This document shows, one piece after another, positions 26,396 through 33,859 of a stretch of DNA of 40,228 nt. The notes beneath the pieces are model-generated. The model had not been told where the DNA came from. It made no database searches and was given only the letters and a program-made list of their open reading frames with translations. The translations under genes were made by a program, and so were the position numbers. Source of the DNA: a virus (taxonomy: Duplodnaviria > Caudoviricetes); the IMG/VR virus record IMGVR_UViG_3300005399_000079, positions 1 to 40,228 of that record, one strand, 5' to 3'. The first letter of the stretch is position 1, and each line of letters begins with the position of its first letter.

Positions 26396-27156
26396 CACAG
26401 GTCCCCCATGTCGTCTGCCCAAGTTTTATCGTCGAAGTCAGGTCCAGAGCCCACGCCGGCAGCACTGCGCCCCCCTGCCCTCTGCAGGCGATTAACCACC
26501 CAATCGCACTTGAACCCGCGCCAGCCAGCCTCCTGCGCCTCGCCAAGCGCCTCGTCAGCAGTGATCCCGACAGCCGCGCACCGCTCCAACTCAGCATTCA
26601 CCCTGCCCCACACCGTGCTGGTCACCGGCGCGCGCATCCGCTGTCGGCAAGTCAGCCAGTCGGACAGCACCTGCTCCGAAGCACCGTGGGGGTTGTCAGC
26701 CAACAGCTGCGTCAAACCAAACCGAGAGGCTGTCGAACGAGAGTTTTTTCCTGGCCGCGCAGAGAATGACGGTTCCTTTACGGTTCCCTTACGGTTCTGG
26801 GGGCACGAGGTGCCGGGGTGTCCGGCATCTGGTGCCGGGGTGGGGGGCACGTCGTGCCGGGGTGCATCTGGTGCAGGGGGGCACGAGGTGCCGGGGTTAA
26901 ATCCGTCAGGAGCAACCGTGTACCAGGTCGATCTGCCAGACCGCTGATGGCTCACCAGCAGCCCCAAATCCTCCAGTTTGCGGAGTGAAGACCGAACGGC
27001 ACGCTCAGACAGACAGGTACGCTCTGAAATGCTCGCAATAGACGGCCAGCAGACGCCCTCGTCGTTCGCGTTGTCCGCCAAGCTGATCAGTACCGCCTTC
27101 TGGGTCGCGCTGATGCCTTGGATAGGCCAGCACTGGCTCATGATCATCGTGCTCAT
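26395..27156 (-). CDS. Replication initiator (O-like, N-terminal HTH)
   Basis: KAVLISLADNANDEGVCWPSI..SERAVR HTH; internal iterons. Confidence 0.9.
   Translation of the reverse strand: MSTMIMSQCWPIQGISATQKAVLISLADNANDEGVCWPSIASISERTCLSERAVRSSLRKLEDLGLLVSHQRSGRSTWYTVAPDGFNPGTSCPPAPDAPRHDVPPTPAPDAGHPGTSCPQNRKGTVKEPSFSARPGKNSRSTASRFGLTQLLADNPHGASEQVLSDWLTCRQRMRAPVTSTVWGRVNAELERCAAVGITADEALGEAQEAGWRGFKCDWVVNRLQRAGGRSAAGVGSGPDFDDKTWADDMGDL
26769..26896. repeat. Replication origin: five iterons plus three ACGGTTC repeats
   Basis: KGCA-N5-TGCM-GGGG at 26802, 26824, 26846, 26863, 26880; ACGGTTC at 26769, 26780, 26791 (11-bp period). Confidence 0.85.
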
Positions 27157-27860
27157 CGGGCGGCACCGCCCAGCTTCTGCGCCAGCAGCGCCAAACCACG
27201 CGGCGTGACACGCACCTGTGACGCCAAGCGGTCCTGCTGCTCGTCATCCAGGCCAATCACCGTCACCTTGTGCTCCAGCAGCCCAGCAGACAGCCGCGGC
27301 GCATACGCCAGCCAGCGCGCCGAACCTTCGCGGCGATAGATCCAACGGTTATCGCGCATCCAGCCCAACAGCCATTTTCGCTGCACATTGAGGTGCTTGG
27401 CGGCATCGGTCAGGCACAGCGTGCCGCTGCTCTCAGCGATGCGGCCCAGCGCCTCTATCTTCGGCTGCTGCTCCGCAACCACAGCCCGCAGCGCGCCATT
27501 CTGCTCTGCCAGGTCAGCAGCAAGTCGCAGCGCTTCCGGTAGTGTTTGGGGGATTGCAGGGCGGGCGGCCTGCTGGTCTTCCAATTCCTGCCATCGGTCA
27601 ACCAAGCGCGCAGTAAACTCTGGCGACATCTGCGCCACCACCACATAGCTGTCGCGCTTGCTCACCTGGTATACCAGCCCCGGGCGGCCGCCAGTGGCGG
27701 GCTTTTCCACCGCTGGTGGTAAAGGGATTACCTTCTTCAGCGCCAGCCGTTGGATGGTCCTCTGCACGCTGTCATGGCGCGCGCCCAGTAGCTCGGCAAT
27801 TTCGACGCTACTCATCGTCAGCGCCGCACCGGTATTGCTCAACATCACGTCTGTAGCCAT
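27153..27860 (-). CDS. Rha-family / KilAC antirepressor
   Basis: TMSSVEIAEL..RH, SPEFTARLVDRWQELE, PQTLPEALRLAAD, QVRVTPRGL; GAGGA RBS. Confidence 0.9.
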   Translation of the reverse strand: MATDVMLSNTGAALTMSSVEIAELLGARHDSVQRTIQRLALKKVIPLPPAVEKPATGGRPGLVYQVSKRDSYVVVAQMSPEFTARLVDRWQELEDQQAARPAIPQTLPEALRLAADLAEQNGALRAVVAEQQPKIEALGRIAESSGTLCLTDAAKHLNVQRKWLLGWMRDNRWIYRREGSARWLAYAPRLSAGLLEHKVTVIGLDDEQQDRLASQVRVTPRGLALLAQKLGGAAR

Positions 27861-27878
27861 AATGAACATTCCTCGAAG

Positions 27879-27920
27879 CCCCGGCAGGGTCCCCACCCAT
27901 CAATGCCGGGGTTTTTTATT
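27879..27920. terminator. Hairpin upstream of antirepressor, U-tract on plus strand
   Basis: CCCCGGCA..TGCCGGGG followed by TTTTTTATT. Confidence 0.55.
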
Positions 27921-27922
27921 GC

Positions 27923-27938
27923 CTGTATGAAAAACCAG
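27923..27938. promoter_or_regulatory. LexA (SOS) box
   Basis: CTGTATGAAAAACCAG = CTG-N10-CAG with AT-rich core. Confidence 0.75.
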
Positions 27939-27991
27939 CACTGTCAGTGCGCTTAACGCACCCGCCCGCATCGGGCACCATGTAATCGTGG

Positions 27992-28195
27992 TCAGGCGGC
28001 TGATTCTGCCGGGTACAAGTCAGGGCGAAGCTCGTGACGGGAAACGCCGGTCACTTCCTCGATCTTCAACACGCGCTCGGCAGGCACCCTCTTTGCGGTG
28101 AGCATCTTGTTGATTGCCTGGCTGGATACGCCGAGCAGTCGCGCCAGTTCAGCCTGGCTGCCGGCCTTTTCAACGGCCTTGGAAATTGCACTCAT
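27992..28195 (-). CDS. cro: Cro-like repressor (YdaS-type HTH)
   Basis: GSQAELARLLGVSSQAI, LRPDLY; divergent from cI. Confidence 0.92.
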   Translation of the reverse strand: MSAISKAVEKAGSQAELARLLGVSSQAINKMLTAKRVPAERVLKIEEVTGVSRHELRPDLYPAESAA

Positions 28196-28209
28196 GGCAA
28201 AACCTCAAT

Positions 28210-28283
28210 ATCAACTGTCGGTTGATGATAGTGCGCAACTGACATTTGATCAAGCAGCGTGCAACTATCAACTCATGGTTGAG
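28210..28283. promoter_or_regulatory. Right operator (three 17-bp sites) and PR
   Basis: ATCAAC-N5-GTTGAT-type sites at 28210-28226, 28234-28250, 28267-28283; minus strand TTGATC-17-TATCAT (28253-28225). Confidence 0.85.
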
Positions 28284-29048
28284 ACTCAGCAGGTCAGAGA
28301 CGAATTTGTTGCCCGACTTAACGAGGCACTTGATGGCGTTCCAGGCGTCCGAAAGGCTCGTGGCCGCAATGTGGACATGCACCGGCTCCTGACGGAGATG
28401 GGCTTTGAGCGGAGCACTCAAGCGACTCACAAATGGCTTAATGCCGAAGCGATGCCGGAGAAGGAAAATATGCGCATGCTGGCGGCTCTATGCCGCGTGC
28501 GCACTGAGTGGCTGGAGTACGGAGAGGGCCCAAAACACTCAGGCGACAAGGATGATGGCGACGAAAAGGAGAGCAATGTGATTGCCGCGAATTTCTCGAA
28601 GAAAAAAGCCAAGCCCGGAGAGATAGCAATCCCCCACTACGACGTCCGCGCAGCAATGGGCCACGGCCAAGAGTTGCCCACGGACTACATTGAAACGATT
28701 CGTCATGTCACCGTCAGCACTGAGTTCCTGCGCACTCAAGGCGTTACTTTTACGCAGACAGACAATCTGTGCATGATCACCGGCTTCGGCGAATCGATGA
28801 ACAAAACGTTCTGCTCGGGCGATCCGCTAATCATCGACAAGGGCGTCACCAGTGTAATCACCGACGGGGTTTACCTGTTCACCATTTCAGGGGCTTTGTT
28901 CGTCAAGCGCCTGCAAATCTTGCCAAACGGTATTCGCGTCATCTCCGACAACGAAGCCTACCCTCCGTACGACATCACTGGCGCCGACCTCAAGAATCTG
29001 ATCATCCACGCCCGCGTGCTTTTAGCCTGGCGGTCTCAGCGACTGTAA
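28275..29048 (+). CDS. cI: CI-like repressor with S24 autopeptidase domain
   Basis: N-terminal HTH, AAMG cleavage-region motif, GESM Ser, FVKRL Lys; start placed at MVETQ. Confidence 0.93.
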   Translation: MVETQQVRDEFVARLNEALDGVPGVRKARGRNVDMHRLLTEMGFERSTQATHKWLNAEAMPEKENMRMLAALCRVRTEWLEYGEGPKHSGDKDDGDEKESNVIAANFSKKKAKPGEIAIPHYDVRAAMGHGQELPTDYIETIRHVTVSTEFLRTQGVTFTQTDNLCMITGFGESMNKTFCSGDPLIIDKGVTSVITDGVYLFTISGALFVKRLQILPNGIRVISDNEAYPPYDITGADLKNLIIHARVLLAWRSQRL

Positions 29049-29096
29049 GGCCGGCGGCGTTGGCAGCGCAGATAGATACGGAAATCGAGGTGCGGA

Positions 29097-29585
29097 ATGC
29101 TCACGGATGAACAGATTGAACACTTGCTCCAGACGCCAAAGGTTGTTACCAACCCCAAGGCGAGAACCAAAGATCAGCGCAAGTCGACCCAAACCACCTA
29201 CGCGCTTGAGTCCGAGTGCGGAGCCCATCGGTTCGAGCTTTACGCCCGACAGAACAGTATCGATCCAGACCACTACTCATGCGGACTTATCTACCATCAT
29301 CCGTGTGGGGAGCGGATCCACCTGACCCGCTACAACGGCAGCAATCACGACCACCGCAACTCCCTTGAGGGTGGCGAACTGATTCGCTTTAAGTGTCATA
29401 TCCACAGAGCAACGCAGCGCTACATCGAGATTGGCGACAAAGCCGAAAAATTCGCTGTTACCACGGATCGATACTCGGATCTTTCAGGCGCACTACACTG
29501 TCTGATTATGGACTGCTGCATTTCCGGATTGCATACTTCGCCACCGGATAGCACTGATGACGGAAGTCAACTGAGCCTGATATGA
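29097..29585 (+). CDS. His-rich hypothetical protein (DUF6978-like), gene 1 of cassette behind cI
   Basis: LTRYNGSNHDHRN..CHIH; GAGG RBS; C-terminal QLSLI. Confidence 0.75.
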   Translation: MLTDEQIEHLLQTPKVVTNPKARTKDQRKSTQTTYALESECGAHRFELYARQNSIDPDHYSCGLIYHHPCGERIHLTRYNGSNHDHRNSLEGGELIRFKCHIHRATQRYIEIGDKAEKFAVTTDRYSDLSGALHCLIMDCCISGLHTSPPDSTDDGSQLSLI

Positions 29586-30379
29586 CCGAAGCCGAACTCA
29601 ACAGCCTGAAAGAAAACCTATGCAATGCGTTCTGCGCTGACGTAGGCATTCGCGCGGCTGGCGATTTGGTTTCAGTGTCCCTCCCGATGACCGCGCGAGA
29701 CGGGGATTCGTTTAACGTTTACCTTTCTCGCACTCGGGCTGGCTGGCGGCTATCCGACGCGGCGACCACCATGATGCGGCTCAGCTATGACAACGACCTT
29801 AACACCCTGCTCAGCGGCACCAGAGCCCGCCTCTACTCAACGATTCTCACCGAGTCCGGCCTTGAGGAAGACGACGGCGAGATCTACACAGAGGTGCCGG
29901 CTGATCAGCTTATCGCCGGCATGTTCAGGCTTGGCCAGGGGCTGAGCCGCATTGAAGATATAGCGCTTTGGACGCGCAGCCGGGTTGAGTCGACGTTTTA
30001 CAATGACCTGCAGGCGGCGATCACGGCAGCGGTGCCTGCGGATGACGTGACCGCTGACTACGTTCCGGATTTTGAAGGCGGCGCCGATTACCTTGTCGAC
30101 TACCGGATCGAGACCGGCTCCTGGCCTCTATTCCTGTTTGGCGTGAGCGGCAAAGATAAAGCGCGACTCACCACCATCACACTGCTCAAGCTCAAGCAGG
30201 CTGAGCAAGAGTTCGACTCCATCGTAGTTTGCAATGACATATCCGAGCTGCCGAAAGCAGATGTTTCTCGCCTGCTAGCCGCTGCCAATGATGTGGTACC
30301 GAATGTTGCCAGCTTCGACAGCATGCGCGAGAAGATAAACCATCACCGGCGAAGAGCCGCATCAGTCAGGGTCACCTGA
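29582..30379 (+). CDS. DUF1828/DUF1829-like protein, gene 2 of cassette
   Basis: P....GD...VYL....GWRLSD N-terminal motif; C-terminal VDYRI restriction-endonuclease-like segment; ATGA coupling. Confidence 0.75.
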   Translation: MTEAELNSLKENLCNAFCADVGIRAAGDLVSVSLPMTARDGDSFNVYLSRTRAGWRLSDAATTMMRLSYDNDLNTLLSGTRARLYSTILTESGLEEDDGEIYTEVPADQLIAGMFRLGQGLSRIEDIALWTRSRVESTFYNDLQAAITAAVPADDVTADYVPDFEGGADYLVDYRIETGSWPLFLFGVSGKDKARLTTITLLKLKQAEQEFDSIVVCNDISELPKADVSRLLAAANDVVPNVASFDSMREKINHHRRRAASVRVT

Positions 30380-30390
30380 ACCCATCCCCC

Positions 30391-30452
30391 AAGCCCGCCC
30401 AGAGCGGGCTTTTTTGTGCCCTCCCCCAGCCCGCTTCGGCGGGTTTTCTTTT
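30391..30452 (+). terminator. Tandem intrinsic terminators closing the immunity operon
   Basis: AAGCCCGC-CCAGA-GCGGGCTT-TTTT and AGCCCGC-TTCG-GCGGGTT-TTCTTTT. Confidence 0.88.
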
Positions 30453-30466
30453 GAGTTGATTTTTTT

Positions 30467-30507
30467 ATCAACCAGTAGTTGACATAACACAACCAATGGT
30501 TGATATT
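30467..30507 (+). promoter_or_regulatory. PL promoter and left operators
   Basis: TTGACA(30479)-17-GATATT; operators ATCAAC-CAGTA-GTTGAC (30467-30483) and CACAAC-CAATG-GTTGAT (30488-30504). Confidence 0.9.
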
Positions 30508-30546
30508 TACTCCCAAGCCAGCACCAACGGCCAGGGCCAGCCCCGA

Positions 30547-30558
30547 CGTTCTTTAACA
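30547..30558 (+). promoter_or_regulatory. boxA (nutL-like) antitermination site
   Basis: CGTTCTTTAACA versus consensus (C/T)GCTCTTTAACA, about 35 nt into PL leader. Confidence 0.75.
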
Positions 30559-30804
30559 GATCAGGATCTGCGCAAGGTGATCCCCGCAAGGGTACAGAGC
30601 GCACTACAAACTTCACCTTCCATGCCAGCTCTGAAACTGGCCTGCCTCCCATATGCGAGGCAGCGAAGTCACTCAAGCCAGTCGCGAAGAACCCAGTAGG
30701 TAACGCGGCCAGAGATATGAATCCGGCGACGCGAGTGATGGAGAGCAGATTTCCTCGATGGCCTTGGCAGCAGGGCCATTCGGAAAATCGAACAGGAGCA
30801 GCAT

Positions 30805-30951
30805 ATGAAGACATTGAACCAAGGCAACAACGAAACACTGTCCCGTGGCGTGGTTCCAGAGCGCGACGGCACCTTCACCGCGCTGACCTTCAGCGCCAGC
30901 AAGAACTTCAAAACTCGCGCCGGCGCTGAGCGCTGGCTTGCCCGTCGCTGA
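30805..30951 (+). CDS. DUF1391-like small protein (48 aa; absent from ORF track)
   Basis: MKTLNQGNNETLSRGVVPERDGTFTALTFSASKNFKTRAGAERWLARR; AGGAG RBS. Confidence 0.85.
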   Translation: MKTLNQGNNETLSRGVVPERDGTFTALTFSASKNFKTRAGAERWLARR

Positions 30952-30963
30952 AAGGAGTAACAC

Positions 30964-31170
30964 ATGGCTAATTTCGACATCGAGGGACATATAAGCGACG
31001 GCAAGAGCCTGGAGTGGCTGGCCTACGCGGAAGGCGCCGAGACACCACAGGACGTGGAAGCAAAAGTAAGACAGGCGGCGGTGAAGAAGTTTGGTATCGC
31101 GGTCATCTTCCACCGCTGGGGCCATATCGTCAGCAGCAACGGTGCGATTGTCGTGAAGATGGTCGTGTAG
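30964..31170 (+). CDS. Hypothetical protein
   Basis: AAGGAG RBS; operon position. Confidence 0.7.
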   Translation: MANFDIEGHISDGKSLEWLAYAEGAETPQDVEAKVRQAAVKKFGIAVIFHRWGHIVSSNGAIVVKMVV

Positions 31171-31192
31171 CGCGAGAAGGGAGAGCAAATAC

Positions 31193-31462
31193 ATGTTTGA
31201 AGGTATCCGCCACATCTCATGCAACGACGATTTCACCTGCGCTATCTACGCCACCGAAGGCGTCTCAGGATCTGTCAGCTTTCACTCCAGCGAACACCGC
31301 TCTGCAGTTTCCAGCAGCATTGGCCCGACTGATGCAGTACGCGAGTGCTCGACCAGCCATTTCCGCGGCGATTGCTCGGGACGGCTCATGGTGAGAGTTG
31401 CCGACGAAGTCATCAACTACTCGCAACAGGAGAACAGCAATGTGGAAATTCCCACTCTTTGA
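31193..31462 (+). CDS. Hypothetical protein
   Basis: GGGAG RBS; operon position. Confidence 0.55.
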   Translation: MFEGIRHISCNDDFTCAIYATEGVSGSVSFHSSEHRSAVSSSIGPTDAVRECSTSHFRGDCSGRLMVRVADEVINYSQQENSNVEIPTL

Positions 31463-31712
31463 CGCGCTCGCAACATTCGGGCAGCCGCCTGTGACCACGC
31501 GAGCCGCACGCCGCCGACCGCTTTCACGGCACTACCGGAACCCGAAAGACCCGCACCAGGCGGCGCGGATCAGAGCGGCGAAGGCGAAGCGCTCCCGCAA
31601 AGAGGCTTACCGCTGCTGGGCTGCCGCAAAGAGCTACGTCAACAACCGGGCGTTCCAGGGCGGCAGGCCTTCGCTTTACCCATTCCTGCCCATCCCACCC
31701 GTACTGAATTGA
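31440..31712 (+). CDS. Basic Arg/Ala-rich hypothetical protein
   Basis: AGGAG RBS before MWKF; AARIRAAKAKRSRK. Confidence 0.65.
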   Translation: MWKFPLFDALATFGQPPVTTRAARRRPLSRHYRNPKDPHQAARIRAAKAKRSRKEAYRCWAAAKSYVNNRAFQGGRPSLYPFLPIPPVLN

Positions 31713-31938
31713 TTGAGCACGACTACCCCAGCCGGCGGAGGGGCATATATCACCGGCAGTCAGGGCGCGGTTTCATCGTCAATCACCTGCCGCGTGACCT
31801 GATACCGGCCCCACCAGCGTTATATCTGGTGGGCATCGATTAGCACCTTGGGCAGGGTCTGGAGTTCCGGGCCGCAACGCCACCCGGGCAGGGTGCTATT
31901 CGATGCTACTCGCATCATGACGTTCCTACATGGCTATT

Positions 31939-31964
31939 AACCCCGCTCCGGCGGGGTTCTTTTT
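31939..31964 (+). terminator. tL-like intrinsic terminator
   Basis: AACCCCGC-TCCG-GCGGGGTT-CTTTTT. Confidence 0.85.
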
Positions 31965-32035
31965 CCCCTTCTCTTCCAGTGCCCAGAAGCATGCCAGCGC
32001 ATGCCTGTGGGCATTCATCGCACGGAGCTCACCAC

Positions 32036-32425
32036 ATGCACACACTCACCAGCGAACACTGGCAGGGCTGCACTGGCTTGCTCAGCAAGCGAGAACTTGA
32101 GTTCACCCTGCGCGTTGCCGAGGGCAAGACCGACAAAGAGATCGCCCGGGAGGCCGGCCTGGCACCGGACAGCGTGCGCAAGCGAATCATGAGCGCCATG
32201 TTCAAGCTGGGCGCCCACCGCCGCGCCCAGCTGGTGGCCGAGGCCATGCGCCGCGCCATCATCGCCCCGCTCGCCATCTTCCTGGCTATCTGCTGCGTGG
32301 TGGTCAACAGCTCCCCCGACAACCACCAGGAGCGCGCACCCCGCAACCCGCGCGGCGGCCTGGTGCGCATCAAAGGCGGCGCCCGCCGTGATGACCCGTT
32401 CTTCAACCCCTTCGACTACGTGTAA
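32036..32425 (+). CDS. LuxR/GerE-type HTH regulator
   Basis: LSKRELE..VAEGKTDKEIAR..KLGAHRRAQLV. Confidence 0.88.
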   Translation: MHTLTSEHWQGCTGLLSKRELEFTLRVAEGKTDKEIAREAGLAPDSVRKRIMSAMFKLGAHRRAQLVAEAMRRAIIAPLAIFLAICCVVVNSSPDNHQERAPRNPRGGLVRIKGGARRDDPFFNPFDYV

Positions 32426-32435
32426 GGAGACACCC

Positions 32436-32726
32436 ATGATCACCAAAGACCAAGGCCTTAAGTTCATGAAGTTCCGGCTGATGATGATCCTGACCGCACC
32501 AACGCTGGCAGCACTCGAAACCCTGCAGGGGCAGGCCAGCAAAGACACCGAATACCTGCGCCAGCACCGCATCATGGTGCCCTGCGAGGTCGACGGCGTA
32601 GCGCGCCAGGTGGCCGCAGCAGTGCGCACCCGCAAGAGCGAACTCAAACGCGAGCAGGCGGCCGCCATCATGATGACCGCAGCTCTGGCCAACATGATGC
32701 AGGCCGGCCACGCCAGCGCCAGCTGA
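32436..32726 (+). CDS. Hypothetical protein
   Basis: AAGGAG RBS before MITKD. Confidence 0.7.
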   Translation: MITKDQGLKFMKFRLMMILTAPTLAALETLQGQASKDTEYLRQHRIMVPCEVDGVARQVAAAVRTRKSELKREQAAAIMMTAALANMMQAGHASAS

Positions 32727-32818
32727 TGCGCAGCCGTGCCGCAGACGCGGCCCACTTCATCGCTTTCTGGGCACTGGTGATAGCAGCACAGGCCCTTGTC
32801 TCCCCTCCCTTTCCATAG
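32726..32818 (+). CDS. 30-aa hydrophobic peptide (absent from ORF track)
   Basis: TGATG coupling; MRSRAADAAHFIAFWALVIAAQALVSPPFP. Confidence 0.45.
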   Translation: MRSRAADAAHFIAFWALVIAAQALVSPPFP

Positions 32819-32826
32819 GTACCCAT

Positions 32827-33222
32827 ATGTCACACCAGAAAATGCCGGTGGCCTACGTGGCCGGGCCATACCGCGGCAGAACGCGCGCGGCCATTGAGCT
32901 GAACATTCAGAGCGCCAGACAGGTTGGCCTGCAGGTCGCCCGCAAGGGTTGGTCGCCGCTGGTACCACACGCCAACACCGGCCACCTCGACCTAGTAGAC
33001 CCGCAGGTTGGCGATGAATTCTGGCTGGGCGCCACCATGGAGCTGATGCGCCGCTGTGACGCCGTGGTGCTGGCCCCGGGCTGGGAGCACTCAGACGGCA
33101 CCGCTGCCGAGATTCACGAAGCCCGGCGCCTTGGCCTGCCGGTGTTCGAAACCGTCCACGCCCTCCCCTGTGCCGACACCTGGCGCCAGCAGGAGGAAAT
33201 CCAGCTGCAGCCGGCTGAGTAA
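32827..33222 (+). CDS. DUF4406/DUF1937-like protein (nucleoside deoxyribosyltransferase-like fold)
   Basis: YVAGPY, CDAVVLAPGWEHSDGTAAE..A..LGLPV. Confidence 0.82.
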   Translation: MSHQKMPVAYVAGPYRGRTRAAIELNIQSARQVGLQVARKGWSPLVPHANTGHLDLVDPQVGDEFWLGATMELMRRCDAVVLAPGWEHSDGTAAEIHEARRLGLPVFETVHALPCADTWRQQEEIQLQPAE

Positions 33223-33225
33223 CCC

Positions 33226-33474
33226 ATGGCCAAGTCAGCCACAGAGCGCAAGCGCGAGCAGCGGGCACGGGACAAGCTCAAGGCAGAAGAGCGCCGCGCC
33301 CGCCTGCTGGCCTACAGCCTCAAGGTCGACGTGTACCAGGGCACCGCCGACCACATCGAGCGCATCAAGCAGGTTGCCAGCATCGACGAGGTGCAGGACC
33401 TGCTGACCCGCGCAATCCACAACATCAGCCGCCTTGATGACGACGTGCTGCGGGCCTTTCTGGCCGAGCCGTAG
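33226..33474 (+). CDS. Hypothetical protein, possible DNA-binding
   Basis: MAKSATERKREQRAR start common in prophage early genes. Confidence 0.72.
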   Translation: MAKSATERKREQRARDKLKAEERRARLLAYSLKVDVYQGTADHIERIKQVASIDEVQDLLTRAIHNISRLDDDVLRAFLAEP

Positions 33475-33505
33475 TGTCACGGCGGTATGTCACGGAGACT
33501 GAAAA

Positions 33506-33859
33506 ATGGAATGCAAAACCCGTTATCAGTGCAGCCATTGCGACGAAATCCACAAAGACGAAGATGATGCCCGCGAATGCTGCCAGCCCGAGGTGTGGGA
33601 AGTGTACGAGTGCGGCGAGTGTGGAAAGCTCCACGGCTCCGATGAGGTGGCCGCTAAGTCCTGCTGCGAGCAGCTGGTGAAATGCCCGTCCTGCTCCCGA
33701 GACTATGGGCAGTACAACATCGCGAGCCACTCGATTGAGGTGGCGGGACACTGCCCGGCCTGCAACCCCCTGTTCACCGTTGATGAGCAGTTCAAGATCG
33801 AAGACCTGCACTACATCCATACCGGTACAAACGTCAGCATTCTGCAAGGGGGCTGGTGA
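33506..33859 (+). CDS. Cys-rich Zn-binding protein
   Basis: Repeated CxxC..H..A..CC units plus CPSC/CPAC. Confidence 0.75.
   Translation: MECKTRYQCSHCDEIHKDEDDARECCQPEVWEVYECGECGKLHGSDEVAAKSCCEQLVKCPSCSRDYGQYNIASHSIEVAGHCPACNPLFTVDEQFKIEDLHYIHTGTNVSILQGGW

Noticed and set aside
17760-29048. Extended N-termini in the ORF track (portal, TerS, HNH, Tat protein, NinX, P, cI)
   Set aside because: They overlap upstream genes or regulatory DNA; downstream starts show coupling, RBS or family-typical N-termini
30642-30670. Solitary type I-F CRISPR repeat mimic (CTGCC..GGCAGCGAAG)
   Set aside because: Stem and loop lengths differ from the 5-bp/5-nt Cas6f hairpin, and the GTTCA and GAAA ends are missing; no arrays seen in the window
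32015-33268. 417-aa minus-strand ORF
   Set aside because: Antisense to well-supported plus-strand genes; low-complexity translation
33475-33495. TGTCACGG direct repeat after the 82-aa gene
   Set aside because: Only two 8-mers with no adjacent promoter; too weak to call an operator
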